DNA of 64,000 nucleotides. Origin: Terriglobia bacterium (lineage in GTDB: Bacteria > Acidobacteriota > Polarisedimenticolia > Polarisedimenticolales > JAIQFR01). Position 1 is the stretch's first letter; every line of letters starts with the position of its first letter. Under the pieces are notes generated by a model, which saw only the letters and a program-made list of their open reading frames with translations, did not search any database and was not told where the DNA came from. Positions 34,401 to 46,121 of the stretch are shown here, one piece after another. A program made the position numbers and the translations under genes. Location of the stretch: the NCBI GenBank assembly GCA_963748015.1, contig CAVVHE010000008.1, positions 416,001-480,000 on the forward strand. Reading direction: 5' to 3'.

Positions 34401-37400
34401 TGTACAACGGGCGACACGTGCGGCGGCGGGTCCTGCCAGCCCGGTACGACGGTGGTCTGCAACGATGGGAACGTCTGCACGGACGACAGCTGTAACCCGG
34501 CGACGGGGTGCGTCTACACGGGCAACACGGCGCCGTGCAACGACGGGAACAGCTGTACGACCGACGACACCTGTTCCGGTGGAAGTTGCCAGGGCGGGAC
34601 GGCCCTGGTGTGCAACGACGGGAACGTCTGCACGGACGACAGCTGCAACCCGGCCACGGGCTGCGTCCACACGAACAACACCGCGCCGTGCGACGACGGC
34701 AACCCCTGCACGACCAACGACACCTGCTCCACCGGCACCTGCGTCGGCGGAACCGCAGTGGTCTGCAACGACGGCAATGCGTGCACGGACGACACCTGCA
34801 ATCCGGCTTCGGGATGCGTCTACACTCCGGACGACACGAACGGCTGTTCGGACGGCAGCACGTGCAACGGCTCGGAAACCTGCCATTCCGGGACTTGCCA
34901 GCCCGGCACGCCGGTGAACTGCTCCGGCCTCAACGGGCAGTGCGTTGTCGGTGTCTGCGTCGAGCCGGCGGGCACGTGTCAGGCGCAACCCGCGAACGAA
35001 GGCGGGAGCTGCAACGACGGGATCGCCTGCACCGGAAATGACCGGTGCACGGCGGGCGCGTGCGCGGGCGAGCCGAACTGCCCGACCGGGCAGCACTGCG
35101 ACCAGAGCCTGAACACCTGCGTGGCGGACGCCAGTACGGTCTCGCTGCCCGACGACATCCGGGCCTGCCCGGACTCGCGGGTGATCGTCCCCGTGACGGT
35201 GAGCCCGGCGACGGGCGTCCTCGCGATGGATCTCGCGTTCACTTACGATCCGGCGGTTCTCCGGGCCGTCGAAGTCCAGCAGACCTCCTTCACCGCGGCC
35301 ATGAGCCTGACGTACAACCTCGCGCTGCCCGGCAAGGTGGACATTTCCCTCTTCGGCTCGAGCCCTCTTTCGGGCAGCGGTACGGTCGCGTGGGTGGTGT
35401 TCGACGCGATCGGCGCCGTGGGCTCGACGACGGCGCTTCACTGGGTCGAGCACCAGCTCAACGAGAACGAGGTACCCAGCGCCGCGGACGACGGAAGCGC
35501 GAGCGTCGTCGCGGCCCAGGTGTCTCTGAGCGTCCCGACCGACGTAGTCGGGGTGCCCGGATCTCACGTCATCGTGCCAGTTAGTTCCACGCCTAGAGCA
35601 GGGATCGGCATCGATCTGACGGTTCAGTTCGACGCGGCCGTCCTGCAGGTCGCCGGTGTGACCAAGGCGGCGGGAATTCCGGGCACCTTCACCCTGAACT
35701 ACAACTCGGCAACGCCTGGCGAGGTGAGGATCTCGCTGTTCGGGACGGTGCCGCTCACGGGCAGCGGTCCGATCGTCAATATCGACTTCTTGGTGATCGG
35801 CAGCGTCGGAGCGTCCAGTCCGCTGCACCTGTCGCGGGGCCTCATCGACGAAGGCGCGATCGCGACTTGCCTCGCGGACGGCCGCGTGAACCTCTGCGCG
35901 ACGACCTGCGACGACGGGAACGCCTGCACGAGCGACAGCTGCTCGGCGGGAGTCTGCGAGCACGTGGCGAGAGTCGGTGCGACGTGTGACGACGGGAACG
36001 TCTGCACGACGGCGGATACGTGCGATGCCGCCGGCCAGTGCGTCGGCGGTACGGCGCTGGTCTGTAACGACGGGAACGCCTGCACGGATGACAGCTGCAA
36101 CCCGGCTAGCGGGTGCGTCTACACGAACAATACCTCGCCGTGCGACGACGGTAACGCCTGCACGACCAACGACGCCTGCTCCGGTGGGACCTGCACGGGC
36201 GGCACGGCGCTGGTCTGTGACGACGGGAACGTCTGCACGGACGACAGCTGCAACCCGGCGACGGGGTGCGTGTACGCGAACAACACGGCACCGTGCAGCG
36301 ACGGGAGCGCCTGCACGACCGACGACACCTGCTCGGGCGGCACGTGCGTCGGGGGCACGGCTCTGGTCTGTAACGACGGGAACGTCTGCACGGACGACAG
36401 TTGCAACCCGGCCACGGGCTGCGTCTACACGAACAACACGGCACCGTGCAGCGACGGTAACGCCTGCACGACGAACGACACCTGCTCCGGCGGCACGTGC
36501 GTCGGCGGTACGGCGCTGGTCTGTAACGACGGGAACGCCTGCACGGATGACAGCTGCAACCCGGCTAGCGGGTGCGTCTACACGAACAATACCTCGCCGT
36601 GCGACGACGGTAACGCCTGCACGACCAACGACGCCTGCTCCGGTGGGACCTGCACGGGCGGTACGGCGCTGGTCTGTGACGACGGGAACGTCTGCACGGA
36701 CGACAGCTGTAACCCGGCGACGGGGTGCGTCTACACGAACAACACGGCTCCTTGCGACGACGGCACGGTGTGCAACGGCCACGAGGTGTGCGGTGGCGGG
36801 ACGTGCCAGGCCGGGACGGCGCTGGTCTGCAACGACGGGCTGTACTGCAACGGTGTCGAGACGTGCGATCCGAGCCTGGGCTGCGGGCCCGGGACGCCGG
36901 TCAACTGCGACGACGGCGTGGCCTGCACGTTGGACGCCTGCAACGAAACGACGGATAGTTGCACGCACACGCCGCAGAACGCGCTCTGCAACGACGGCAA
37001 CCCGTGCACCGACGACAGCTGCGATGCGCAGCTCGGGTGCGTCGCCGTCAACGACGACACGAACGCCTGCAACGACGGCAACGTGTGCACGGAGAGCGAC
37101 CACTGCGAGTCCGGAGTGTGCGTCGGCACGCCGGTGCCCGTACCCGCCGAAGTTCTGGATCTCATGCTGACCGGGAAGTCGGCGACGGCGCTGACGTGGG
37201 GTGATCAGGGCGGCGTGCACTACGACGTCGCCGCCGGCGCAGTCGGCGACCTGGTTGCGGACGACGGTGTCGGTGCGGCGGCCTGTCTCGCCGACAACGC
37301 CTCTATCTCGGCCTGGATCGATGCGAGGCCGGCACCGTCGGCGGGCGAGGGCTACTACTACCTGGTTCGCGCGCAGAACGCTTGCCAGCCGGGGACTTGG

Positions 37401-37451
37401 GGTTACGGCAGTAACGGTACGGAGCGGACACCCACGAATGCGTGTCCGTAG
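13421..37451 (+). CDS. Giant secreted modular protein of ~8,000 aa, split by apparent assembly indels into ORFs 13421-27745, 27749-28966, 28893-30827, 30784-32166 and 32031-37451. Architecture: signal/TM, Pro-rich linker, 2x DNRLRE, galactose-binding-like, metallophosphoesterase, 6x LamG, Cys-rich repeat stalk, 4x cohesin-like, C-terminal 'ACP' domain
   Basis: The Cys-repeat register continues without interruption across each frame change. There is one N-terminal hydrophobic leader and no internal RBS or signal peptide at the breaks. Confidence 0.8.
16285..17340 (+). other. Calcineurin-like metallophosphoesterase domain in the giant protein
   Basis: Ordered motifs LVVLPDPQ, DVGDTTN, LGNHD, IVVSH, LSGHLD, followed by QDYQ...GRGWMR...F. 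Confidence 0.85.
18045..26950 (+). other. Six LamG-like jelly-roll domains (approx. 18045-18830, 19445-20215, 21910-22735, 23005-23750, 25235-25950, 26235-26950) separated by Cys repeats
   Basis: Each shows AL-x-F-D-G-x-x-D-YV, FT-x-E-x-W, W-x-H-x-A, LYLDG-like, G-x-x-DE-x-R-x-W and L-x-x-x-W-x-x-x-EG-x-G motifs. Confidence 0.85.
23860..25220 (+). repeat. Coding tandem array of 4-Cys repeats (about 51-53 aa units)
   Basis: Alternating CDDGVACTTDACDEGTDSCTHAASNAA and CDDGLFCTDDVCDPVQGCQH / CDDGLWCNGAETCDPVGGCQPG modules. Confidence 0.9.
27060..32700 (+). repeat. ~5.6 kb near-identical coding tandem array (237-nt and 315-nt units) of Dictyostelium-CTDC-like Cys repeats
   Basis: Modules of 26, 26 and 27 aa give a 79-aa unit (e.g. 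29041 to 29278 = 237 nt). An optional extra 26-aa module gives a 105-aa unit. Confidence 0.95.
32845..35900 (+). other. Two tandem pairs of cohesin-like domains (approx. 32845-33610 and 35135-35900)
   Basis: G-x-x-V-x-VPV-x-V...A-x-DL-x-F-x-(F/Y)DP-x-VL-x-x-V-x-V...G-x-V-x-I...L-x-G-x-G-x-(V/I)...F-x-x-x-G pattern, four times. The two blocks are 2289 nt apart. Confidence 0.75.
33690..36780 (+). repeat. 153-nt (51-aa) coding tandem arrays on either side of the second cohesin pair
   Basis: CDDGNVCTDDSCNPATGCVYTNNTAP plus CDDGNACTTNDTCSGGTCxGGTALV. Unit spacing 33693 to 33846 = 153 nt; near-exact copy at 36041 vs 36500 (459 nt). Confidence 0.9.
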
Positions 37452-37597
37452 GTCAGGGGGCAAAGCCCTCGAGGCCGTCGCGCTGTCGTGCGGCGGCGGG
37501 AAAGGGCGGGCGGGGAAACGGGATCGCCAGGGCGACGCTTGCGGAGGGCCGGGGCGCCGTCGCGGAAAACGATCCGTGACCGATGGGAGGCCGTGCG

Positions 37598-40500
37598 ATG
37601 AAAGCCTCGATGCTGAGTAGGATCGGGATCTCCGGGATCGTCTTGGCCGCCGCGATGTTCGCGACCGGCGCCGGGGCGCAGGTGGTCATCAACGAGATCC
37701 ACCACACCCCCGTGTCCAGCGGGACGCAAGAGTTCCTGGAATTCTACAACCGCGGCTCGGCCGCGGTGGACGTGAGCGGGTGGTCGATCGCGGACGCCGT
37801 CGTCCTCACGATTCCAACCTCCCCCCCCACGTCGATCCCGGCGGGCGGGTACCTGGTCGTCACCAAGAGCATTTCGGCGCTCTACACCGCCACCGGGTAC
37901 ACGGCTCCCATCCAGTGGACCAGCGGCTCCCTCAGCAGCGGAGAGACGATCACGCTGAGAGACGCCACGCTCGCGACCGTCGACGCGGTCACGTACGCCA
38001 CCACGGCGCCGTGGCCCACCACGGCGAGCACCGGTCCCTCCATCGAGCTGATCAACCCGTCGCTCGACAACGGCGGCGGAGCGTCCTGGCTCGCCTCCGT
38101 CGGCGCCAACGGCACTCCCGGCGCGCGCAACAGCGTGTACCAGGACCTGGTCACGGTGGCGAGCGAGTCGCCCGCGCGGCGCACCTCCGTGACCAGCCTG
38201 CCGTCGGTGTCCGTCACCTTCAGCGAGTCGGTGGCCGGAGTCACGGCCGGGGCGTTGACCGTCAACGCCTCTCCCGCGACGACCTTCGTCTGCACGAGCT
38301 GCTCGGATGGCGCCGGCGCGGGTCCCTATGTCTTCACCGGATACGCGGCGCCGTCCTCGGGGTCGGTGGCGATCGCCGTGGCCGGGGCCGGCATCGTCGC
38401 CGGCAGCAAGCCCTTCCCAGGCGAATCGTGGACGGTCTCGCAGGGGGTAATCGTCGTCATCAACGAGATGCTCTACCACCCGGCGGACAGTGCGGCGCCG
38501 GGTGATGATCCCGAGCGGCTCCAGTTCCTCGAGCTCTACAACGCGGGCGCCTCGACGGTCGACCTGTCCGGCTGGACGACCTTTGGTGTCGTCCACACGA
38601 TCGCGTCCGGCACGACCCTCGACCCCGGCGCGTACCTCGTCCTGGCGAAGGACCCCGCGTTCCTGCAGTCGAAGGTGACGATCCCGGGAGGCGTCCAGGT
38701 CATCCAGTGGACGAGCGGCGACCTCTCCAACAGTGGCGAGCTGGTGTTGCTCAGGGACGCATCGAGCAACGTCATCGACAGCGTCACCTACAGCGACAGC
38801 GGCGAATGGCCCACCGTCGCGGACGGTGACGGCCCCTCGCTCGAGTTGATCCATCCTGAGCTCCCGAACCAATACAGCGCGGCGTGGAGGGCCTCTCTCG
38901 TCACGAACGGTACCCCCGGCGCGCAGAACGGGGTATACGACCCCGATCCGGCGCCGATCGTGTACGGGACCGCGCAGTCGCCGACGAGGCCGACGGGCGG
39001 GCAGGCAGTGACCGTCACGGCCAGCTCGATCGCCCGGGGCGGCTTGGCACCGACGATGACGCTCTACTACCGCCAGGACGCCGATCCGAAGCTCACCTAC
39101 GCATCGACTCCGATGTTCGACGACGGCGCGCACGGCGACGGCGCGGCGGGAGACGGGAAGTTCGGGGTGACGCTCGCGGGGCTTGCCGCGGGCAACCAGC
39201 TCGACTTCTACATCGCGGCCACCGCCGCCGGACGGACCGCGGAGTCGCCCTCGGGTCACGCGGTGCTCAACAAGTACGGCGAGCCCTCGCAGACGTACCT
39301 GACAGCCTTCTCGAACGAGGTGCTTCCGACCGACTACCCGGTTTACCAGATCCTCGTGACTCTCTCGAACAAGCACCATCAGGAGGCGCTGACTGGGGAG
39401 CTCGATCGCCGCGAGGAGTTCGATTGCACGTTCATCGACGGCGCGGGAAACCTCTGGTACAACTTGATCGAGAGATACCGCGGGCAGAGCAGCATCCTGA
39501 AATTCCCCAGCTCGTACCGCGTGGATTTCCCGACCGACCGGCCGCTCCAATCCCCCATGGGATTCCCGATCACGGTCCTCCAGCTCAACGCCATGAACCC
39601 CATGAGGCAGTTCCTGGGGTTCGACCTGTTCAACCGCGCGGGCATACCCGCGGCGAAGACGGCCTGGATCCACCTGCGGTATACGGGAATCAACTACGAC
39701 ACGTGCTGCAACGGTCAGAACGGTTATTTCGGCATGCACCTCGCCATCGAGAAGGTGGACGAGGACTTCGTCGCCTCCCAGAGCGGCTTGGTGGTTCCGG
39801 GTCGCGGTCTCGACGTCGCCGGGAACCTCTACCGCGGGCAGAACGACGGGGATTTGCGGTGGGAGGGAACGAACCCGGATACGTACCGGGCCGACGTCAA
39901 CGACCGGAACGGCTACACCAAGGAGAGCAATTCCGGCGCCGACATCTGGGACGACCTTATCGCCCTATGCGATGCGCTCAACAACACGCCGGCGGATCAG
40001 TACGCCGCGCACGTGGCCACCCACATCGACGAGGACAACTGGGCCCGCTTCTTCGCGATCCACAACTTGATGGGGAACAAGGAGGGGGCGATCTACCGGG
40101 ACACCGGCGACGACTTCTTCTTCTATTTCAACCCCCTTCCCGCCGGCGACAACATGAAGATGATCCCGTGGGACACCGACTCGGTCATGCTCTACGACCA
40201 CGAGACGATCTGGCGGACGAACGTCACCGCCGTCCGGAACGTCCTGCGCCACAACGCGTTCGCCCCGATCTTCGTCAAGGCGATCACGGACCTCATGGCG
40301 AACGAGTACTCCCAGGCGACGATGAACGCCGTGATCGACTCGATGCCGAACGGTGTCTTCGCGACGTCGGGCGGAAGCGACTGGGAGCCTTACACCAAGC
40401 AGCAATTCAAGAACTGGATCGCCGCGCAGCTCGCGTCGTTCCAGTCCCAGATCATCGGCGACCTCACGCTGGTCGGCGTTCCGGCGAGCCCGTACACCAA

Positions 40501-43500
40501 CTCGAACCCTGTGATCGCCCTCAACGGCCAGCTCGACCAGGCGGGAACGCACAACGTCACGGTCAACGGGCTGCCGTCGACATTCAGCGTCTATGCCGGC
40601 ACCTGGAGCCACAACTTGACGCTGACCCCGGGGATGAACACCGTCGTCGTCCAGGCCTGGGACCGGACCGGCGCCGAGAAGGACCGGGTCGAGCAGACGG
40701 TCTTCTACAACCCGCCCGGCTCGCAGCAGGTCCTCCTGACGATGCGGGCGCCCAGGCGGATGGTCAACACGAAGACGCTGACGATCGAGGCGAAGATCAC
40801 GGACGCGATCGGACGGCCCGACTACACGAAGTGGGATGTGCTGGGCACCGTCTCGGTCAAGAGGGTTTCCGACGGAACCACGGTGCCGATCACGATGACC
40901 GTCTTCGATCCGCACATTGCGGTGACGAACGGCACGATCCGGTTGGTCAACGGCTGGGGCAGCGTATCGTTCACGCTCGACGCCGGCGCGGCGTTCGGCG
41001 CGGGCGACATCGAGGTCGCGGTATCCTGGAGTGGGCTAACCGACTCGCAGGTCGTGACCGTTCTCGACAATCCGACCTACCGGGCGGTGGCAGGGACGCT
41101 CTCGGGCGCCAATCTCACGTGGGGGCCCGACGAGGTCATCCGGGTGACCGGCAACACCGAGATACCCGGCGGCAGCACCCTGACGATCAACCCTGGGACC
41201 CTGGTGTGGGTGGATACGACGGGGGGCCTCGAAAACGGCACGCTCTTCACGGTCAACGGGAGCGTCCAGGCCGTCGGAACCCGGGACAACCCGATCTTCT
41301 TCTTCTCGGATCGCGGCCCCGCGGCGATGACGCTGACACAGACCGGATCGGCCTCGAACGCCGAGTGCTGGCGCGGCTTCTTCCACTGGGGATCGGGAAC
41401 GTCGCGATACGAGCACGTCTTCCTGACCGGGGCGGGCAACGGCGTCGTCACCGGGCATCCGAGGCCCCCGGTCCTGAGCTTCAACAACTCGCACTCGCTT
41501 CGTCGCCAACCAGAGCGTGTTCGCCGATGACAACGGCATGGTGTTCTCGACGCCCGGCGTCGGCACCTTCACGATCACGGACTGCCTCGTGAACCGGGTC
41601 GGCATCGGCGGCGAGTTCCTGGGCAGCGGCCACACCCTCACGATCAAGAACTCCTGGTGGATCTCGAACGGCTTCGGGCCCGAGGCGAACAACCTCGACG
41701 GCGACCATATCCACATCGACGGGGCCGCCTCCGCCCAGCTGATTCAGGGTTGCGTCTTCAACGACGGCGGCGACGACGCGATCGACCACAACGGCTCGAA
41801 CTTCACGCTGCTGGACTCGATCATCTCCCACACCGACGACAAGGCGATCAGCATGACCGGCGGGCACGCCACGATCCGGAACGTGCTGATGTTCGGTTCG
41901 CCGATGGGGGTGCGGGGCACGGCGTCCACCGAGTACGTGACCATCAACACCGGCTCGCCGCTGGCGACGAACGACGTGATCCAGAAGACGATCGTGTGGC
42001 CGGACACCATCAGCACGTGCTCCGGAACCGTCAGCTACACGGACGTCGGCAACTCAGGCAGTCTCGGGTGCGGAACGGGAAACCTCTCGTCCGATCCGCT
42101 CTTCGTCAGCACTTCTGCGCACGACTTCAACTTGCAGACGGGTTCGCCGGCGCTCACGGCGGGACCGGGGGGTACCCGGATCGGGTGGCTCGGATTCCCG
42201 TCGGGAGCCGTCTGCGCGACAACCGCCGACTGCAACGACAACAATCCGTGCACGTTCGACAACTGCGAGGCGGACAAGACCTGCTCGTTCGCTCCGATCG
42301 CGGGCTGCAGGACGTGCGCCGCCTCGGCGGAGTGCGACGACGGCAACCCGTGCACGGTCGACACCTGCGGCGGGGGCGGCGCCTGTTCCTGGGTCGCCGG
42401 GAACGACGGGGTGTCGTGCGACGACGGCAAGTCCTGCACGTCATCCGACGTCTGTACCGCAGGCGTCTGCGCGGGGACCCAGCTTTGCCCGATCGGTCAG
42501 AGTTGCAACCTGGCCGGCGTGTGCTCGTCGGAGCCCGTCACCCTCACGTTCCAGCAGGGTGATGCTAACGGGTACTCGGGCACGGCGGACACGTACATCG
42601 ATACTGCCCTCGGGAGCCAGGCGACCACGACGCCGATCGTCGTGGACAGCAGCCCCGTGGAGCACGTCCTCCTGCGTTTCGACGGGATCTTCGGGTCGGG
42701 AGCCAACCAGATCCCGCAGGGCTCGACCGTCGAATCGGCCACGCTGACGCTCCGGGTGGGAAGCGGCGCCAACGACCAGAGCGCCAATCCGGTCAATTAC
42801 CACAGGCTGCTCCACCCCTGGGTGGACACCGGGGTCTGGGCGGCGTACGGCGTCTCGCCCTGGAACGCCACGGGTGGGATCCAGGCGGACGGCGTGGACG
42901 CCGAGGCGACCGCCGAGGCGACGGCGACCATGACCACGGCGGACACGGCGTACCCCGTGAGCGTCACGGGGAGCGTTCGGGCCTGGGCGAGCGTTCCGAC
43001 GAGCAACTACGGATGGGCGATCCTCCCGACGGGAACGGACGGGCTCCGGCTGAATTCCGCGGAGGCGACCACCGTCGCCTACCGGCCGATGCTGTCGGTC
43101 ACCTTCACGGCGCCCGTGACCGGCTGCACCGATGCGTCGCAATGCCAGGACGGCCTCTTCTGCAACGGTGCAGAGCTCTGCGTGACCGGGACCTGCGTCC
43201 CCGGGACGGCGCCGTCGTGCGACGACGGGGTCGCCTGCACGGTGGACGCCTGCAACGAGGCGATCGACGCCTGCGACCACGCGCCGTCGAGCGCGCTGTG
43301 CGACGACGCGAATGTGTGCACGGACGACGTGTGCAACGCGGTGACGGGCTGCGCCCACACCAACAACTCGATCGCGTGCGACGACGGCAACGCCTGCACG
43401 ACGAACGACGCGTGCGCCGGCGGGGTGTGCGCGTCCGCCGAGCCGACGAACTGCGACGACGGCATCGCGTGCACGACGGACAGCTGCGTTCCCGCGACCG

Positions 43501-46118
43501 GCTGCCAGCACGCGGACAACTGCCCCGGCGGCCAGAGCTGCAACCACACGTCGGGCGTCTGCGAAGCCGGACCCCAGACGGTGACGTTCCAGCAGGGGAC
43601 GGCGGGCTACGCGGGAGAGGTGGACACCTACCTGGAACAGAGCAACCCGACGACGGGCCACGCCACGACGACCCCGATCATGATCGACGGGTCGCCGGTA
43701 GTCCAGGCTCTCCTCCGCTTCGGGCAGGTGTTCGTGCCCGAGGGAGGCCCGATCCCGCTCGGCTCGACGATCTCGTCGGCGACGATCACGATCAACGTGA
43801 CGAACATCAGCGTGGACGGCGCCGAGCTCTTCCGGATGCTGGTCCCGTGGTCCGACACGACGACGTGGAACGGCATGACGGGAGGTATCCAGACGGACGG
43901 CGCGGAGGCCGTCGCAACCTACGACGCCAAGACCACCTACAACACGCTCGGCGCCTGGACGTTCGACGTGACGCCGAGCCTCGCGGCGTGGTCGGCGGGG
44001 GCGGCGAACCACGGTTGGGCATGGCTCCCGCCGGTGGCGGGGACCGATTCCTGGCAGTTCGACTCCGCGGAGGGAACGACGGTCGCGAACCGGCCGAAGC
44101 TCACGGTGACCTACATCTCGCCGATCACGACCTGCACGTCGAACGGGCAGTGCGACGACGGGCAGTGGTGCAACGGCGCGGAGACCTGCAACCTCGCGAC
44201 CTCGACTTGCCAGGCGGGCACGCCGCCGAATTGCGCTGATGGCGTGGCCTGCACGACGGACTCCTGCAACGAATCCACGAATTCCTGCGAGCACGCGGCG
44301 AATCACGCCGTGTGCAGCGACGGCAATGCCTGCACCGACGACGCGTGCGATCTCGTCAACGGTTGCGTCCACGCCTTCAACACGGTCGCGTGCAGCGACG
44401 GGAACGCCTGCACGGCCGGTGACGCTTGCTCCGGCGGCGTCTGCGTCGGAGGGGCGCCTCCGAACTGCGACGACGGCGTCGCCTGCACGGACGATTCGTG
44501 CAACACGTCGACGGGCTGCCTGCACGTGTCCAACTGCACGACCGGTCAAACCTGCAATCCGACTTCGGGACTGTGCGAAACCTCGCAGGCACCTCCGCTG
44601 CCGATCAACGTCGGCGACACGTGGAAGTACTACAAGGGAACCGCCGAGCCTTCCACCGCCTGGACCGCGATCGCCTTCGACGACACGGCATGGCTGTCGG
44701 GAGCGAGCGGGTTCGGCTTCGGAGCCGACTGCGTGGCTCAGCGCGGGACCGTGCTGAGCGACATGCAGAACGCGTACGTGAGCGTCTACCTCCGGCGGCA
44801 GTTCCGCGTGGACATCCCGGCGGTGGTCGCGACGCTCGCCTTCACGGTGGACTACGACGACGCGTTCGTCGCGTATCTCAACGGGACGGAAGTCGCGCGA
44901 CGGAACGTGGTCGGGACCCCGCCGAGCTACACGCAATTGGCGACAGCGGACCACGAGTGCTCGAGCTGCAACAGCACCTGCAACGCGGCGGAGGTCATAG
45001 ACCTGACGTCCTACCGAGGGCTGCTCGTGTCCGGGACGAACGTGCTGGCGATCCAGGCGCACAACCTGACCTCCGGCAGCACGGACTTCACGATCTTGCC
45101 GACCATGGCCGCGACGACGGGCGGTTGCACGGCCAACGCGCAGTGCGACGACGGGCTCTACTGCAACGGCGCGGAGACCTGCAACCTGGCGACTTCGACG
45201 TGCCAGGCGGGCACGCCGCCGGTGTGCGTCGACGGGAACATCTGCACCGCGGACAGCTGCAACGACGCGACCGGGTGCGTGTTTGCCCCGCTCGTGGCGG
45301 GAACGTCGTGCAGCGACGGACTGCCGTGCAACGGCAGCGAGACCTGCAACGGCTCCGGCGCATGCGTGTCCGGGTCGCCGCCGGATTGCGGCGACGCCAA
45401 CCCGTGCACGACCGATGGTTGCACGGATCCCGGCGGCTGCACCCACATCCCCGTGGCCGCCGGAACCGCGTGCGACGACGGCCTCTACTGCAACGGGGCG
45501 AACGCCTGCGACGGCGCGGGAACCTGCCAGGCCGGCACGGCGCCGAGCTGCGACGACGGCGTCGCGTGCACCGCTGATTCCTGCAACGAGAGCAGCGATG
45601 CCTGCGAGCACGCGCCGTGCGCGATGACCGTGGCTGCGGAGGGGTCGCGGTACATCGCGGTGACGCCGCCCGCGGGCCTCGCCTCGGTGGCGCTGAGGGT
45701 TACCGGCCCACTGGCGTGCCTCCCGACGTACATCGACGCGGACGGCCGCGCGACTTCGCCGGCGCCGGTCTTCAGGTCCTCGGCCGACTGGGGGACCGTG
45801 CACGTCAACGGACGTCTGATCATTCCAACGACGACCTACATCGTGTTCGCGGAGGTGACCGCGGGCACGCCGATAGGATCCGGAGCCGCCACCACCTGGC
45901 TGTGGGGCGACGCCGACAACGCGAACGGCATCGACCTGTTCGACATCCTCTGCGTCCTCGACGGATCGAAGGGGGTGTTCACGCACTGTACGCTCCGCGG
46001 CGGCGACCTCATGGACTTCACGCCCGACGGGGCCGTGAACGCAGCCGACGTCAACGCGGTGCTGGAAAGCTTCCAGTCGCTGCCTTACCCCGACTCCAAC
46101 CCCTGCGCCGGGAGGTGA
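37598..46118 (+). CDS. Secreted ~2,840-aa protein (ORFs 37583-41530 and 41517-46118, +1 indel near 41498). Architecture: lamin-tail, Ig-like, lamin-tail, CotH kinase, beta-helix, 2x DNRLRE, galactose-binding-like, Cys repeats, C-terminal dockerin-like domain
   Basis: GGGAGG RBS, ATG at 37598, signal peptide ending AGA. Motifs VVINEI...EFLEFYN...TPGARNS, MFDDGAHGDGAAGDG, RYRGQSS...EKVDEDF...IPWDTD and GDDAID. Removing one base near 41498 gives HSFVANQSVFADDN. Confidence 0.82.
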
Positions 46119-46121
46119 GCC

